A DNA stretch of 64,000 nucleotides. Source: Pseudomonadota bacterium (lineage in GTDB: Bacteria > Bdellovibrionota > FAC87 > UBA2466). Positions 38,601-47,785 of the stretch are shown piece by piece. The number at the start of each line of letters is the position of its first letter. The first letter of the stretch is position 1. The DNA lies in assembly GCA_043767805.1 (NCBI GenBank), contig JAYUGC010000087.1, positions 1 through 64,000 on the forward strand. The letters run 5' to 3'. The notes below the pieces were generated by a model that saw only the letters and a list, made by a program, of their open reading frames with translations, was not told where the DNA came from and made no database searches. A program made the translations under genes and the position numbers.

Positions 38601-41600
38601 TGAAAGGTGTGCGCCATGTCCGTGCTGATGTTCAGGTGGCGAAGCTGAACTTGAGTCTTGGTCCACGCGAGCTCGGCCTCACGGGCGAAGATGTGAATGT
38701 CGTGGTACTTGTCGGCGATCCGAACGGCGTCGTCCCGGGAGCCCGCGACTCCCGTCGTAAAGAGCACGCGCATGGTCTCGCCGGGCGGGATGCGGATGGA
38801 TTGCCTAAGCGAGAAAATGGGATCGAGAACGGCGCCCACCGTATTGGAAAGCGGGCGATCTTCGTGGATGACGAAGGCGTCGGAGGCGTCTCGCCCGCGC
38901 CCGAGAAAGCGCGAACGGTCGGTCTCGTACTGAACGGAGCCCACGGCGTCGCCTTCGGTCACGAGCACGTGGAAGGCCCAAACCTGATTCTCGCTCTGCG
39001 ACCGCTTACGGCGGGTCGCGAGTAACGCGCCCTCCTTTGGTAAGAGCTCGGTCTGCACGAAGAGATTGCTGAACGCGGGGTGAGCTATGTCATCGGAGGG
39101 TTTCGCGATGACCGTCTCCATCAAGCTCGTGACTTCGTACTCGCAGGTCTCCGACGAATGGTTGGTGAGTGAAATACGGCGGAGCTCCACGTTGTCTTCC
39201 GGAGAGACGATGATCTCCGTGTGGGTCGTGGTCTTGGCGTCCCGGCGCCGGATGTCGACCTTGTCTTCCGCGAAAGTCACTTCGTAGCTGTCGGGCTTTA
39301 GTCCCGTGGGATGGTAGCCCGCCGACCACACGCCGCCGGCGGTGCGGTTTCTGATGTAGAAGTAGTGTCCCCAATTGTCGCGCGTGACGTCCTCGCGCCA
39401 GCGGCTCACCGCGAGCGGGCCGCAGCGGGAATAGCCGGAACCCGCGGTCGTGACCATGACGGAATAGTAGCCGTTCGATAGGAGCTGGGTGCGCGGGGTA
39501 GGGAGATTCACGTCGGAGTAAACGCGCGGGTTCGACGTTTCCCAGAAACGAATGGCGCTACTCGTGTCCACTTCCTCGGCTCTCGGCCGAGTGATGGGGA
39601 CACTGTGCGGGATGCGCTCTTGAAGCAGAATTTGCGTCGCCTGCACCAGCGGTTCCTGATGGAAGCGCTTCTGCATGATGCCGTCGTGAAGCAGGTTGTT
39701 CAGAGCGACGAGGCTCATGCCCTGGTGATGGGCGAGAAACGATCGGAGAATCACGCTCTTTTGCTTCGCGGGCAGGCGCTCGGGCGTGTAGTCGATCGAT
39801 TCATAGAAGCCGTAACGGGCGAGCGCCCCGAGGCTCGCCAGCCGTTGCAAGTTGGCGAGCGCTTCCCACGGGACGATGACCGCGGCCAGCATGGTCGAAT
39901 AGGGCGATACGACCAGATCGTGACTAAGACCGCGCTTGAGGCCTAAGCCGGGCACTCCGAACGGACCGTACTGATAAGCCAACGAGAGATCGCGGGCGTT
40001 GTAGCCCGCTTCCGAAATACCCCAGGGCACGCCTCTTTGATTTCCGTACTCGATTTGGCGCGTGACGATGGCCTTGTAGGTTTGCTCGAGGAGCGTCTCG
40101 GGGTAGCGCTTCATGACGAGTAACGGCATCAAGTACTCGAACATGGTGGCCGTCCACGAGATGAGCGCGCGGCTTCTCTGGACGTTGGTCATCTTGCGCC
40201 CCAAGCGGAACCAATGTTCTTGCGGGACTTCGCCTTTCGCGATGGCGACGAAGCTGGTCAGCCGGGACTCGGAAGCGAGCAAATCGTAGAAGGAGTTATC
40301 GCGTCTGCCGTCGGTGACGTTGTAGCCGATGACGAAAATCTTTCTCTGTTCGTCGAAGAGGAAGCGGAAGTTCATGCCAAGCGCGAGCTCGTCGCACTGG
40401 CCCATGAGCTTCTCTCGCCGGCCCACCAGATCTTTGGCGACGGCGTCGCCGTTGGGACTTAAACCCAGTGTTTCGAGTAGGGTCCAGCCGAGCTTTCCCT
40501 TGGTGGTGCCCGGCCGCGTGGTCCAGGGCGCCAGAATCGTGAGATCGCGCTGGAACTCGCTCACCTGATGCACGGCCGCTTTCATCCAAAGCAGGACTCC
40601 GCTAAAGACTCCGGCCGGCGCATCGGCGGAGAGCGCGTTCAAAATGTCGTCGGCCTCGTTAAGCTGGCGCGAGAGGCGTTCCAGGAAACTCCGCCAGTCG
40701 ACGAGATTTTCCCACGGGGCCGTGCGCACTAGTTGAAGGGCCGCGGCCAGAACATCCTGCAGCTGACGAGAAGTGACCGCGCCGGAGCTCGGGCTTTGCC
40801 CTTGGATGGCGCGGGCTTCTTCGGAAAGCGTCCAAAGGGTGTCGATGAGACCGTCTCTCGCCCGCGGATTCAGTAAGGGGCGGCGCGTGAGTTCAGCGCA
40901 AGCCTGCTTCAGAGCAAGGAGGTGGCCCGCGAGGTTTCCGCTATCGACCGTGGAAATGTAGCGCGGCTTGAGGGGCTCGAGGGTCAGTGTGTCGTACCAG
41001 TTGAAAAAATGCCCGTGCTGCCGCGGCAGTTTGACCAAGGTCAGAAAGGTGCGCTCCAGACTTTCCAGGAACTCGAGCCAGCCCAGATAACCGAAGTCGT
41101 AAGCCGACGCCGTGGAGAGCAGTTGCAAGCCGATATTGGTCGGTGACGTACGATGGGCGATGACCGGCTGCGGATCTTCTTGAAAGTTATCCGGCGCGAG
41201 CCAGTTGTCTTCTTGGCTGACGAAGGTCTCGAAGAAATGCCAGGTCCGGCGCGCGTAACGGCGATAGGTCTCGATTTCCTTTTGGCCGAGCGGCCGCTCC
41301 GTGCTCGGCTGCTTTAGACTCACCCAGCGCTTTACCCAAGGCGTCGCGAGCCAGCAAAGCAGGAAGGGCGCGGCGTAGGGCAAGGCTTTCGGCTTCGTCA
41401 CGATGACGAGAAAGAGCGTGACGACGGAGAGGACCGGGCCAGGCCCGACCGCGGCCCAAAAGTCCCGTTTCTGCGTGCCCTGATGCTGGGCTTGCGCGAA
41501 GGTCATCCACTCCAGGAGTTTCTTGTGCGAAACGAGTTTGCGGTAGAGCGTGCGCACGATGGCGTCGAGCTGAGTCCACGCCTGGCTCGCCAAAAAGGTG

Positions 41601-44314
41601 ATCGTCAGAAAGATCTGGGCGAGCTGCACCCGGATTTCGTTCCAGTCGCTCCGAAAATGGCCGCGCCAGGGGACTCCCGGCCGGCGGTGCAAAATGCTAT
41701 TGGATACCGTCGTAAAAATGGGAAACACCAGCATGACGGCGATGAGCAGGGTCCAGAAGGCCGCCGTTCCGGGAAGTACCGTCCAGCCCAGCACCCACCA
41801 GAGCAGAACCGCGGGAGCGACGAGGCTGCGGCGGAGGTTGTCTAATATCTTCCACCGGGAAATGAGCGTCAGCCGGTTGGGCACGCGCCTTCCGTGGGCG
41901 GCCGGCACTTTGGGCAGGAGCCAGGGCAAGATCTGCCAGTCTCCGCGGATCCAGCGGTGCTGACGTTTAGAGAAGACGTCGTAATTGGCTGGATAATCGT
42001 CGATAAACTCGACGTCGGTCACCAAGGCCGACCGGGCATAGGAGCTCTCGAAGAGATCGTGGCTAAGGAGCGAGTTCTCGGGGACGCGATCGGCAAGCGC
42101 CGCCTCGAACGCGTCGACCACATAAAGGCCTTTGCCGGTGTAACTGCCTTCGCCGAAAAGATCCTGATAGGTGTCGGAGACCGCCGTCGTGTACGGATCG
42201 AGCCCCGTATTGCCGGAAAAAATTTGAGAGAACCGCGTCTGACCGGCGCTACCCAGCGAAATGCTCACGCGCGGTTGCAAAATGGCGTACCCCGCCGTCA
42301 CGTGATGGGTCTCGGGATCGAGAAGAGGCTGATTGAGCGGATGTAAAATCGTGCCGATGAGCTTATGAGCGGAGCCGCGCGGCAGCTGGGTGTCGGAGTC
42401 GAGCGTGATGACATAGGGAATCGTCTTCATCAACTCGTCGGAAGCGGTGGCGATGATGTAGCTCGTGTTCTTAGCGCCCCGGAGCAGGCGGTTGAACTCG
42501 TGAATCTTTCCGCGCTTTCGTTCCCAGCCGATCCATTTCCCTTCGGAAGGGTTCCATTGCCGGCGGCGGTGAAAGAGGAAAAAGCGCGCCGCGGATGGCT
42601 TCGCGTAACGGGAGTTGAGCTCGTCCAATCCCGATTGGACGATTTCGACGAGCGCGCTGTCGTCCGGCATGTGCTCCGCCGGGGAATCGGCGAAATCACC
42701 GAGAAGCGCGAAATAGAGATTGGGGTCCTGGTTGGCCAGGTATTGGACTTCGAGGGAAGCCACCAGCTCGCGCGCCACGGCGGGACTCGTAAAGAGCGTC
42801 GGTACGACGACCATCGTGCGGCCACTGTCGGGAAGCCCGTCCTCGGTCTCTATCTTGGGGAGCGTCCGGGGCTTGATGAAAAAGGGAGTGTAATGGTTGA
42901 TGAGACTCAGCGCGAACTCGCTCGCTGGAAACACCGCGAGTAACGAGAAGAGGGCCAGAAGCCACGGGTCCGCCCCGAACTTGTCCAGATAGGCGAGCGC
43001 CGGGAACAGAAGCCCCGCGGTGATCGCCACCAAAGAGCCGAGGTAAACGAACGTGGGATGCCGGCGGAAGACCCGTCCAATGGCGCCGCGAACGCTCGGC
43101 CGGTAAAAGAACGCGCGCTCGAGCTCGGGAAGGCCGTCTCCAATAAGGTAGTAGCCTACGTGACAGAGCCGCTGTTCCCCGGCTTTTCCCTTTCCCGATT
43201 CGGCGAGCACCACCGCCTGGCGGGCTACTTCCAGCTCGGTGGCTTTCGTGCGCTTGGAAAGCCGTTCGATGACGTGACGGTATCTGTCGCGGGTCGCGAA
43301 ATCCATTTTCGAATAGGCGCCCGCCGGATCGCGCGCGAGAATCGGATCGACGAGGCTCACGCTCTCGAAAAAATCCTTCCAGTCGAGATCGGACAGAAGC
43401 CGCATGCTCGTAATGAGGTTGCCCACGGTGACCTGGGCCGCGGCTTGGCGGTGATGCTCGAGCTGAGTGATCTGCTGCGTATTCGTTTCGAAAGCTTTCA
43501 GCTGCGTTTCCAGCCATTCGAAGGCCGGGCGGACGTCGGGATCTTGGTCGCGCAGACGCTGAATGAGCTGGACGATGAACGCCCGGTCGAAATGCTCCGG
43601 CCTGCCGAGCGTATCGGAGAGCATTTGCAAAAGATCCGCGGGGCGGCTTTCTGGAAGATTCGCCAGCTCGAGCAGGCGATCGGCCAAGCGATCGGCTTCC
43701 GCCCTTTTGTCGCGCGCGCTCACTATTCGTTGGGCCATGGGCAGAAGCTGCTCGACCAGGGCGATGCGCAAGGTGATCGCGACGGCCCAGATTTCTCCGA
43801 TGCGAAGCGGAGTCACCTGCTGGAAGGAGCGGATGAAGCGCTTGAGCGTATCGGCGTCCAGGCGGCAGTCCGTGTGGGCGATGATGGCGAGCGAGAGCGC
43901 GTAAACGCGAGGGTAGCCTTTTAGCTCACCGGTCTCGAGCTTGGGCAGCTCCGAATAATAGTCGGCGGGCAGATCTTCCTTAATCTCGCGAAGCTGATCC
44001 TCGACGATGTGAAAATTGTCGACGAACCATTCCGCGGCCGGAGAGACCGGTTGTTTGCTACGGATCGCGTCGGCAAGGGCGAGGTAAGCATCTAAAAGTT
44101 TGCGTCCGCTCTTTCGAATGGCCGGGGAGAGCGATCGCCCGCGCTTGGGCTTGGCCGAAATTTTGAGCTCCCCGGCGAGGTAAGCGGCGTAATGCTCGAG
44201 CCGCTCCACGCTGAAGAGCTCTTCGCGGATAGGATCTTCGTTCAAATGCGTGGTCGAACGCCGCAAAATGCGGAGAAAATCTTCATAAGTAGGGGTAACT
44301 TCGGCTGCGGTCAT
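35666..44314 (-). CDS. cgs: Cyclic beta-1,2-glucan synthase with C-terminal GH94 phosphorylase region (Cgs/ChvB/NdvB type)
   Basis: 2882 aa; WERKRGK, TLDSDT, LLSHDL, RQHRWIRGDWQ, HRTSPTNIG, YDLLASESR, PWGISEA, YQSGGAYGFRDQLQD, GDWNDGMN, RENGGQYTH. Confidence 0.92.
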   Translation of the reverse strand: MTAAEVTPTYEDFLRILRRSTTHLNEDPIREELFSVERLEHYAAYLAGELKISAKPKRGRSLSPAIRKSGRKLLDAYLALADAIRSKQPVSPAAEWFVDNFHIVEDQLREIKEDLPADYYSELPKLETGELKGYPRVYALSLAIIAHTDCRLDADTLKRFIRSFQQVTPLRIGEIWAVAITLRIALVEQLLPMAQRIVSARDKRAEADRLADRLLELANLPESRPADLLQMLSDTLGRPEHFDRAFIVQLIQRLRDQDPDVRPAFEWLETQLKAFETNTQQITQLEHHRQAAAQVTVGNLITSMRLLSDLDWKDFFESVSLVDPILARDPAGAYSKMDFATRDRYRHVIERLSKRTKATELEVARQAVVLAESGKGKAGEQRLCHVGYYLIGDGLPELERAFFYRPSVRGAIGRVFRRHPTFVYLGSLVAITAGLLFPALAYLDKFGADPWLLALFSLLAVFPASEFALSLINHYTPFFIKPRTLPKIETEDGLPDSGRTMVVVPTLFTSPAVARELVASLEVQYLANQDPNLYFALLGDFADSPAEHMPDDSALVEIVQSGLDELNSRYAKPSAARFFLFHRRRQWNPSEGKWIGWERKRGKIHEFNRLLRGAKNTSYIIATASDELMKTIPYVITLDSDTQLPRGSAHKLIGTILHPLNQPLLDPETHHVTAGYAILQPRVSISLGSAGQTRFSQIFSGNTGLDPYTTAVSDTYQDLFGEGSYTGKGLYVVDAFEAALADRVPENSLLSHDLFESSYARSALVTDVEFIDDYPANYDVFSKRQHRWIRGDWQILPWLLPKVPAAHGRRVPNRLTLISRWKILDNLRRSLVAPAVLLWWVLGWTVLPGTAAFWTLLIAVMLVFPIFTTVSNSILHRRPGVPWRGHFRSDWNEIRVQLAQIFLTITFLASQAWTQLDAIVRTLYRKLVSHKKLLEWMTFAQAQHQGTQKRDFWAAVGPGPVLSVVTLFLVIVTKPKALPYAAPFLLCWLATPWVKRWVSLKQPSTERPLGQKEIETYRRYARRTWHFFETFVSQEDNWLAPDNFQEDPQPVIAHRTSPTNIGLQLLSTASAYDFGYLGWLEFLESLERTFLTLVKLPRQHGHFFNWYDTLTLEPLKPRYISTVDSGNLAGHLLALKQACAELTRRPLLNPRARDGLIDTLWTLSEEARAIQGQSPSSGAVTSRQLQDVLAAALQLVRTAPWENLVDWRSFLERLSRQLNEADDILNALSADAPAGVFSGVLLWMKAAVHQVSEFQRDLTILAPWTTRPGTTKGKLGWTLLETLGLSPNGDAVAKDLVGRREKLMGQCDELALGMNFRFLFDEQRKIFVIGYNVTDGRRDNSFYDLLASESRLTSFVAIAKGEVPQEHWFRLGRKMTNVQRSRALISWTATMFEYLMPLLVMKRYPETLLEQTYKAIVTRQIEYGNQRGVPWGISEAGYNARDLSLAYQYGPFGVPGLGLKRGLSHDLVVSPYSTMLAAVIVPWEALANLQRLASLGALARYGFYESIDYTPERLPAKQKSVILRSFLAHHQGMSLVALNNLLHDGIMQKRFHQEPLVQATQILLQERIPHSVPITRPRAEEVDTSSAIRFWETSNPRVYSDVNLPTPRTQLLSNGYYSVMVTTAGSGYSRCGPLAVSRWREDVTRDNWGHYFYIRNRTAGGVWSAGYHPTGLKPDSYEVTFAEDKVDIRRRDAKTTTHTEIIVSPEDNVELRRISLTNHSSETCEYEVTSLMETVIAKPSDDIAHPAFSNLFVQTELLPKEGALLATRRKRSQSENQVWAFHVLVTEGDAVGSVQYETDRSRFLGRGRDASDAFVIHEDRPLSNTVGAVLDPIFSLRQSIRIPPGETMRVLFTTGVAGSRDDAVRIADKYHDIHIFAREAELAWTKTQVQLRHLNISTDMAHTFQRLAGRIIYSDPSLRPRSHSLARNTKAQSSLWRYGISGDLPIVLTRISEEKDMAMVRQLLHGHEYLRLKGLEMDLVILNERPVSYLQELQEELQRQIRMSGAQTLLDKPGGVYIRRTDIMPEEDVILLQTVARVNLSAGKGTLDEQVKRRPVENLLPDRAPPRTSGRAYPELSPPLPELEFFNGLGGFTAGGRQYVTILKAGQWTPAPWINVIANEKDFGFLASESGSGFTWSVNSRENRLTPWSNDAVSDPPGEAIYIRDEETGKFWTPTPLPVREPETYVIRHGQGYTEYEHVSHGISQHLRVFVPLDSTVKISHLRLKNLSEHDRKLSVTSYAEWVLGTQRGSSAPFVVTEIDPATSAIFARNPYNNEFASRVAFADISEKDRSFTCDRKVFMGRNRSPAKPAALKRVGLSGLFGAGLDPCAAFQTHFDLAPGEEKEIVILLGEAASAEGARALLTKYRDKAAVADALDVVLEYWEETLSTIEIHTPDLAMNTIMNRWLLYQTLVCRLWARSAFYQSGGAYGFRDQLQDVMALIYSRPNLAREQILRAAARQFKEGDVQHWWHPPTGRGVRTHFSDDLLWLPYVVSFYVNVTGDRSLLEEVVPFLDAEPLAPGQEDSYLQPQVSAEKGTILEHCARSLDRSLKVGAHGLPLMGSGDWNDGMNRVGHQGQGESVWVGWFLFTALKEFIPFCDAANDTARSTAYRRHMEDLRAAIELSGWDGNWYKRAFFDDGAVLGSAANEECKIDSIAQSWAVLSGAGNPQRTARAMAAVDEYLVHRGDGLVKLFTPPFDTSPLDPGYIKGYVPGVRENGGQYTHAAIWTLMAFAALGDGDKAGELYALINPINHSSTRAGLHKYKVEPYVAAADVYGLWPHVGRGGWTWYTGSASWLYRAALESILGFELRGDKLRLHPCLPTLWRHFEITYRRGATKYRIFVEKDEGLDAASPPLVELDGKALPSDEIPLVADGREHTVRVRV

Positions 44315-44451
44315 TTAAGCTCTCTAGTTAAGGCTGGAGAGAGCGAAATGGGAAGCAAAACTATGCAGATAAGCCATCAAAATGGAGGAAAATCCGCGCC
44401 GGGGAAAGGCCCGGTTTGCGCTTCGGTCCTCCAACCGGTAGAAGCGCGGTA

Positions 44452-45081
44452 ATGCCCACCCTTTCCGAAGCAGAGTTGACCGGAATCTCGGCTCAAACCA
44501 TCCGTCATTACGACGATTCCGCCGAGGCGTTTTGGCAGGGCACGAAGGATCACGACGTCACCCAGAACTACGAGGCTCTTTTGGGGGCGCTTCCGGGGAA
44601 GGGGCCTTTTCAGATCCTCGATTTTGGCTGCGGCCCCGGAAGAGATCTGGCGTACTTCAAGCGCCTGGGCCATTTTCCAACCGGGCTCGACGGAAGCATC
44701 GAGTTCTGTATGCGGGCTCTCGCCTCCACCGGCTGCCCGACTCTCCCGCAAGATTTTCTCAAGCTGACCCTGCCGGCCGGCGCCTTCGACGGGATTTTCG
44801 CCAATGCCTCCCTTTTTCACATACCGAGCCAGGAGCTCACGCGCGTTCTCGGCGATTTGAGACGCGCGTTAAAGCCGAAGGGAATTCTTTTTTCGTCGAA
44901 TCCGCGAGGCACGGGCGAAGGGTGGAACGGCCCGCGCTATGGCAATTACATGGAGCTCCCGGCTTACGAGACTTACCTTCGGCAGGCGGGCTTTCGCGTG
45001 CTCCATCACTATTATCGTCCCCAGGGACTTCCTTGCTCGGCCCAGCCCTGGCTCGCAGTCGTCAGCCGGTCAATTGAGTGA
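44452..45081 (+). CDS. Class I SAM-dependent methyltransferase
   Basis: ILDFGCGPGRD, FDGIFANASLFH. Confidence 0.9.
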   Translation: MPTLSEAELTGISAQTIRHYDDSAEAFWQGTKDHDVTQNYEALLGALPGKGPFQILDFGCGPGRDLAYFKRLGHFPTGLDGSIEFCMRALASTGCPTLPQDFLKLTLPAGAFDGIFANASLFHIPSQELTRVLGDLRRALKPKGILFSSNPRGTGEGWNGPRYGNYMELPAYETYLRQAGFRVLHHYYRPQGLPCSAQPWLAVVSRSIE

Positions 45082-45171
45082 AAAGCAGAATTTTCCTTTC
45101 CTACTCCTCCCACAATTAAAGCCGATCCTGGGAGTCTTAAGTCTAACGACCTGTCTCAAGGAGGAGATGGC

Positions 45172-45702
45172 ATGCGCTCGAGCTTTACTTCTATTTTGGT
45201 TCTCTCTTGTCTCGGCATGGGCGGCATCCGTCCACCGGCGTCCGAGCCCGGTCCGTCTCCCGCTCCGGTGGAAGCGCGCTTTCGCGAGCTCGGTAAGACT
45301 TACGGCGCGGTTTTCGTCGCTAGTACCGTCTCCCTTTCCTTTCGGTATTTCTTCGGCACCGCCATCGGCCTTTGCCGGTTCACGGGCGGACCCAGAAATC
45401 AGGTGGAGCTTTCCACGTCGGCTTGGACGAGCGGCTCGGACACGTTTCGGGAAATGCTCCTCTTCCACGAGCTGGGCCATTGCCTACTCGGGCGGGATCA
45501 CAAGAACAGCAAGCTGAGTAACGGGCAGCCGGAAAGCGTGATGAATAGTTATATCTTCGATACGCGGATCTATACCGCGAACCGCGACGGTTACTTGAAA
45601 GAGCTCTTCACGGCGGAAGGCAGCTCGCTCGGCCTGCAGCGGACGTCGGCGAAAGAAAAAACGTTTGGCGAGTGCGGTTTCGGACGGGCGCCGGCGCATT
45701 AA
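45172..45702 (+). CDS. Putative secreted zinc metallopeptidase (metzincin-like)
   Basis: HELGHCLLGRDH zinc motif and SVMN Met-turn; AGGAGGAG RBS. Confidence 0.75.
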   Translation: MRSSFTSILVLSCLGMGGIRPPASEPGPSPAPVEARFRELGKTYGAVFVASTVSLSFRYFFGTAIGLCRFTGGPRNQVELSTSAWTSGSDTFREMLLFHELGHCLLGRDHKNSKLSNGQPESVMNSYIFDTRIYTANRDGYLKELFTAEGSSLGLQRTSAKEKTFGECGFGRAPAH

Positions 45703-47048
45703 TCCGTTTTTTCAGCGGGGAGCCGGCCCGATTTTACGGCGGCGGTGAAAAGGGCGAAGTCTTGCTCCGTTTGATTGGCGTAGGAGACCGCGAACCGGGT
45801 GATGGCCTCGTCGAAAGCATCGCTTTTGCCGAGGTAACCCGCGATGGGCGCGGAATCGCTCGAGCGGGCGTGGGCGCGGGCGAGCACCCAGCCGCAGAGC
45901 TGAGCGTAGTCCGAAAAATCCTGGGGAGTCATCGACTCGATGTCCGCAGTGCCCTTCATGTCACGCAGCATGCGGAAGTAATAATGGTGACCGCCGTAGT
46001 TGGACCAGCCGAGAAAAATGTCGCTTGCCGCCTGAATGAGGCGCTGGCCGGCGACCACTCTTCGTCCGTGCTCGCGGTGGACGGAATTTCCCACGTGAGT
46101 CTCGAGTACCGAAGGGCGCGCTTCTTTCATTTGTAGAAGCAGGGGATCTTGCTCGTGGCTCGAATCGAGCAGCACCACGTAACAACGCGTTCCCACGCTG
46201 CCGACGCCCACCACTTTCAACGCGAAATCGACGATATGATACCGGCTGAGCAGCTCCTGCCGGTCTTCTTGCAGCGTGGTGAGATAGCGTTTGAAGAGGA
46301 CGTGTAAACTTTGGCTCAGTTTCTCGTCTTTGATGTGAGTCACGAGCGGCGGAGAGTCCTGGAGCTGCAGCTTGCCGTTCTCCCACTTCGCGAGCTTCGA
46401 GAGCGCTTGCAGGCTATTTCTGCCGCGCGCCTTTTCCAAATCCTTCGCCACCTGTTTTCGCCCGGTGCGGTTGAAGACGCCCAGAACCGCGTCGGCATCG
46501 ACTTTCGAGTACCAGACGTCGAGCAGATGCATGTCGGAGTATTTTCGCATCCATTCGCGGTAAAAGCGCGCGCAGTTTTTGGCGGCGTCGGCGCATTCGG
46601 CTTCCTTGAAGCCGTTGCAGCGGCCCGCGACCACGAAGCTTGTCGTGAGCCGCTTCAGGTCCCACTCCCAAGGGCCGGGAAGGGTCTCGTCGAAATCGTT
46701 GAGATCGAACAGCACGTTTCGCTCCGGGCTCGCATAAAGGCCGAAGTTTCTCAAGTGGGCGTCGCCACAGGCCTGAACGCGGATGCCGGTCACGGCATTC
46801 GTCGACAGATCGCTGGCCATCACCACGGGGGCGCCGCGAAAGTACGTGAATGGGTTAGTCAGCATCCGGCCGTAACGGATGGGAACCAGGTGTTGCAGCC
46901 GCGGCTTACTGGAGGCTTCGAGCAGAGCGATGGGATCCGGCCGATTCGCCTCCGCTTTCCATTCCCCGTGTACCGAGCGCGCCACTTTCGAGCGCAAGGC
47001 TTTTCCCAAGGAAAGTCTTTCTGCGGGAGTGGGGATTTTATTGACCAT
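45699..47048 (-). CDS. DUF2252 family protein
   Basis: PIRYGRM, CGDAHLRNFG, FDLNDFDE, WEWDLKRL, KVVGVGSVG, LARAHARS. Confidence 0.92.
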   Translation of the reverse strand: MVNKIPTPAERLSLGKALRSKVARSVHGEWKAEANRPDPIALLEASSKPRLQHLVPIRYGRMLTNPFTYFRGAPVVMASDLSTNAVTGIRVQACGDAHLRNFGLYASPERNVLFDLNDFDETLPGPWEWDLKRLTTSFVVAGRCNGFKEAECADAAKNCARFYREWMRKYSDMHLLDVWYSKVDADAVLGVFNRTGRKQVAKDLEKARGRNSLQALSKLAKWENGKLQLQDSPPLVTHIKDEKLSQSLHVLFKRYLTTLQEDRQELLSRYHIVDFALKVVGVGSVGTRCYVVLLDSSHEQDPLLLQMKEARPSVLETHVGNSVHREHGRRVVAGQRLIQAASDIFLGWSNYGGHHYYFRMLRDMKGTADIESMTPQDFSDYAQLCGWVLARAHARSSDSAPIAGYLGKSDAFDEAITRFAVSYANQTEQDFALFTAAVKSGRLPAEKTD

Positions 47049-47102
47049 CGGGTTGGAAGCTCGGCGACAAGCATAACCCAAACGGCTCTGTCTGTCGTCG
47101 GC

Positions 47103-47510
47103 TCAGCTAGCCCGGCGTAAAGCGGTCTGCGCCAAGCGTTCGCGGGTGACGAAGGCGGCGACGGGGAACGGGCGTTCCGCCGGGACGCGGGCGATGAGGT
47201 GCTTCGAGGCGTTGCGAAGCTCGACCCAGGAGCGCCCTTTGCCGGTTTGCGTCCGGACCGCGGGCTGCTCTTCGTTCGCCATGAAGTAGAGCTTGGCGGT
47301 GTTGTTCAAGAGCTGGCCGATCGCCACGGGAGAGTCTGCATAGGAGTGCTCCTCGACTAAAGCCGCGCAATCGAGAATGACGCCCTGAAGGGAGCCGTTC
47401 TTAATGACGTAAACGGCTTTCGGCTTGCCCTTGATGCCGGTCATCACCGTCCTTACGGGGGTATCGGGTGAGCATCTGAGTACCGCTTCGTTTCCTGTTC
47501 CTAAAACCAT
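47103..47510 (-). CDS. Hypothetical protein, weak CBS-like N-terminus
   Basis: AGAGG RBS; CSPDTPV...VYVIKNGSLQGVI pattern. Confidence 0.5.
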   Translation of the reverse strand: MVLGTGNEAVLRCSPDTPVRTVMTGIKGKPKAVYVIKNGSLQGVILDCAALVEEHSYADSPVAIGQLLNNTAKLYFMANEEQPAVRTQTGKGRSWVELRNASKHLIARVPAERPFPVAAFVTRERLAQTALRRAS

Positions 47511-47546
47511 GACTTCCTCTTTTGGCGTTCGTTCTGCCTGGTAAAT

Positions 47547-47562
47547 TGCAACCGCTGTGCCA
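47547..47562 (-). promoter_or_regulatory. Sigma54 (-24/-12) promoter
   Basis: TGGCACAGCGGTTGCA matches TGGCAC-N5-TTGCW exactly, 36 nt upstream of the 47510 ATG. Confidence 0.75.
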
Positions 47563-47785
47563 GTGCTTCGTGCCTGCTGAAACTGAACGTAAGACGCCCC
47601 CTGAATCCGGGACGTGACAGGTCTTGTCTCTTCGTCCCTTCACCCACGGTACGCGTGGATCGTACGCCGAAAGGCTCATGGGGCCGGATTAGCCGGGAGC
47701 TAACAGTAAGTTTGCCGGGCCCCGTTGCGGCGCACTGCATCGGATGTTAGCAGGGGTCCATCGAATGGATTTTTAGGAGGTCGCA

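Noticed and set aside
36266..43924. Several 200-350-aa ORFs within the glucan synthase span
   Set aside because: Shadow or alternate frames of cgs
47570..47780. Possible riboswitch or ncRNA in the intergenic region (GGCAAA on minus strand, short stems)
   Set aside because: Could not build the c-di-GMP-I or any other known consensus by eye; an Infernal/Rfam scan would decide
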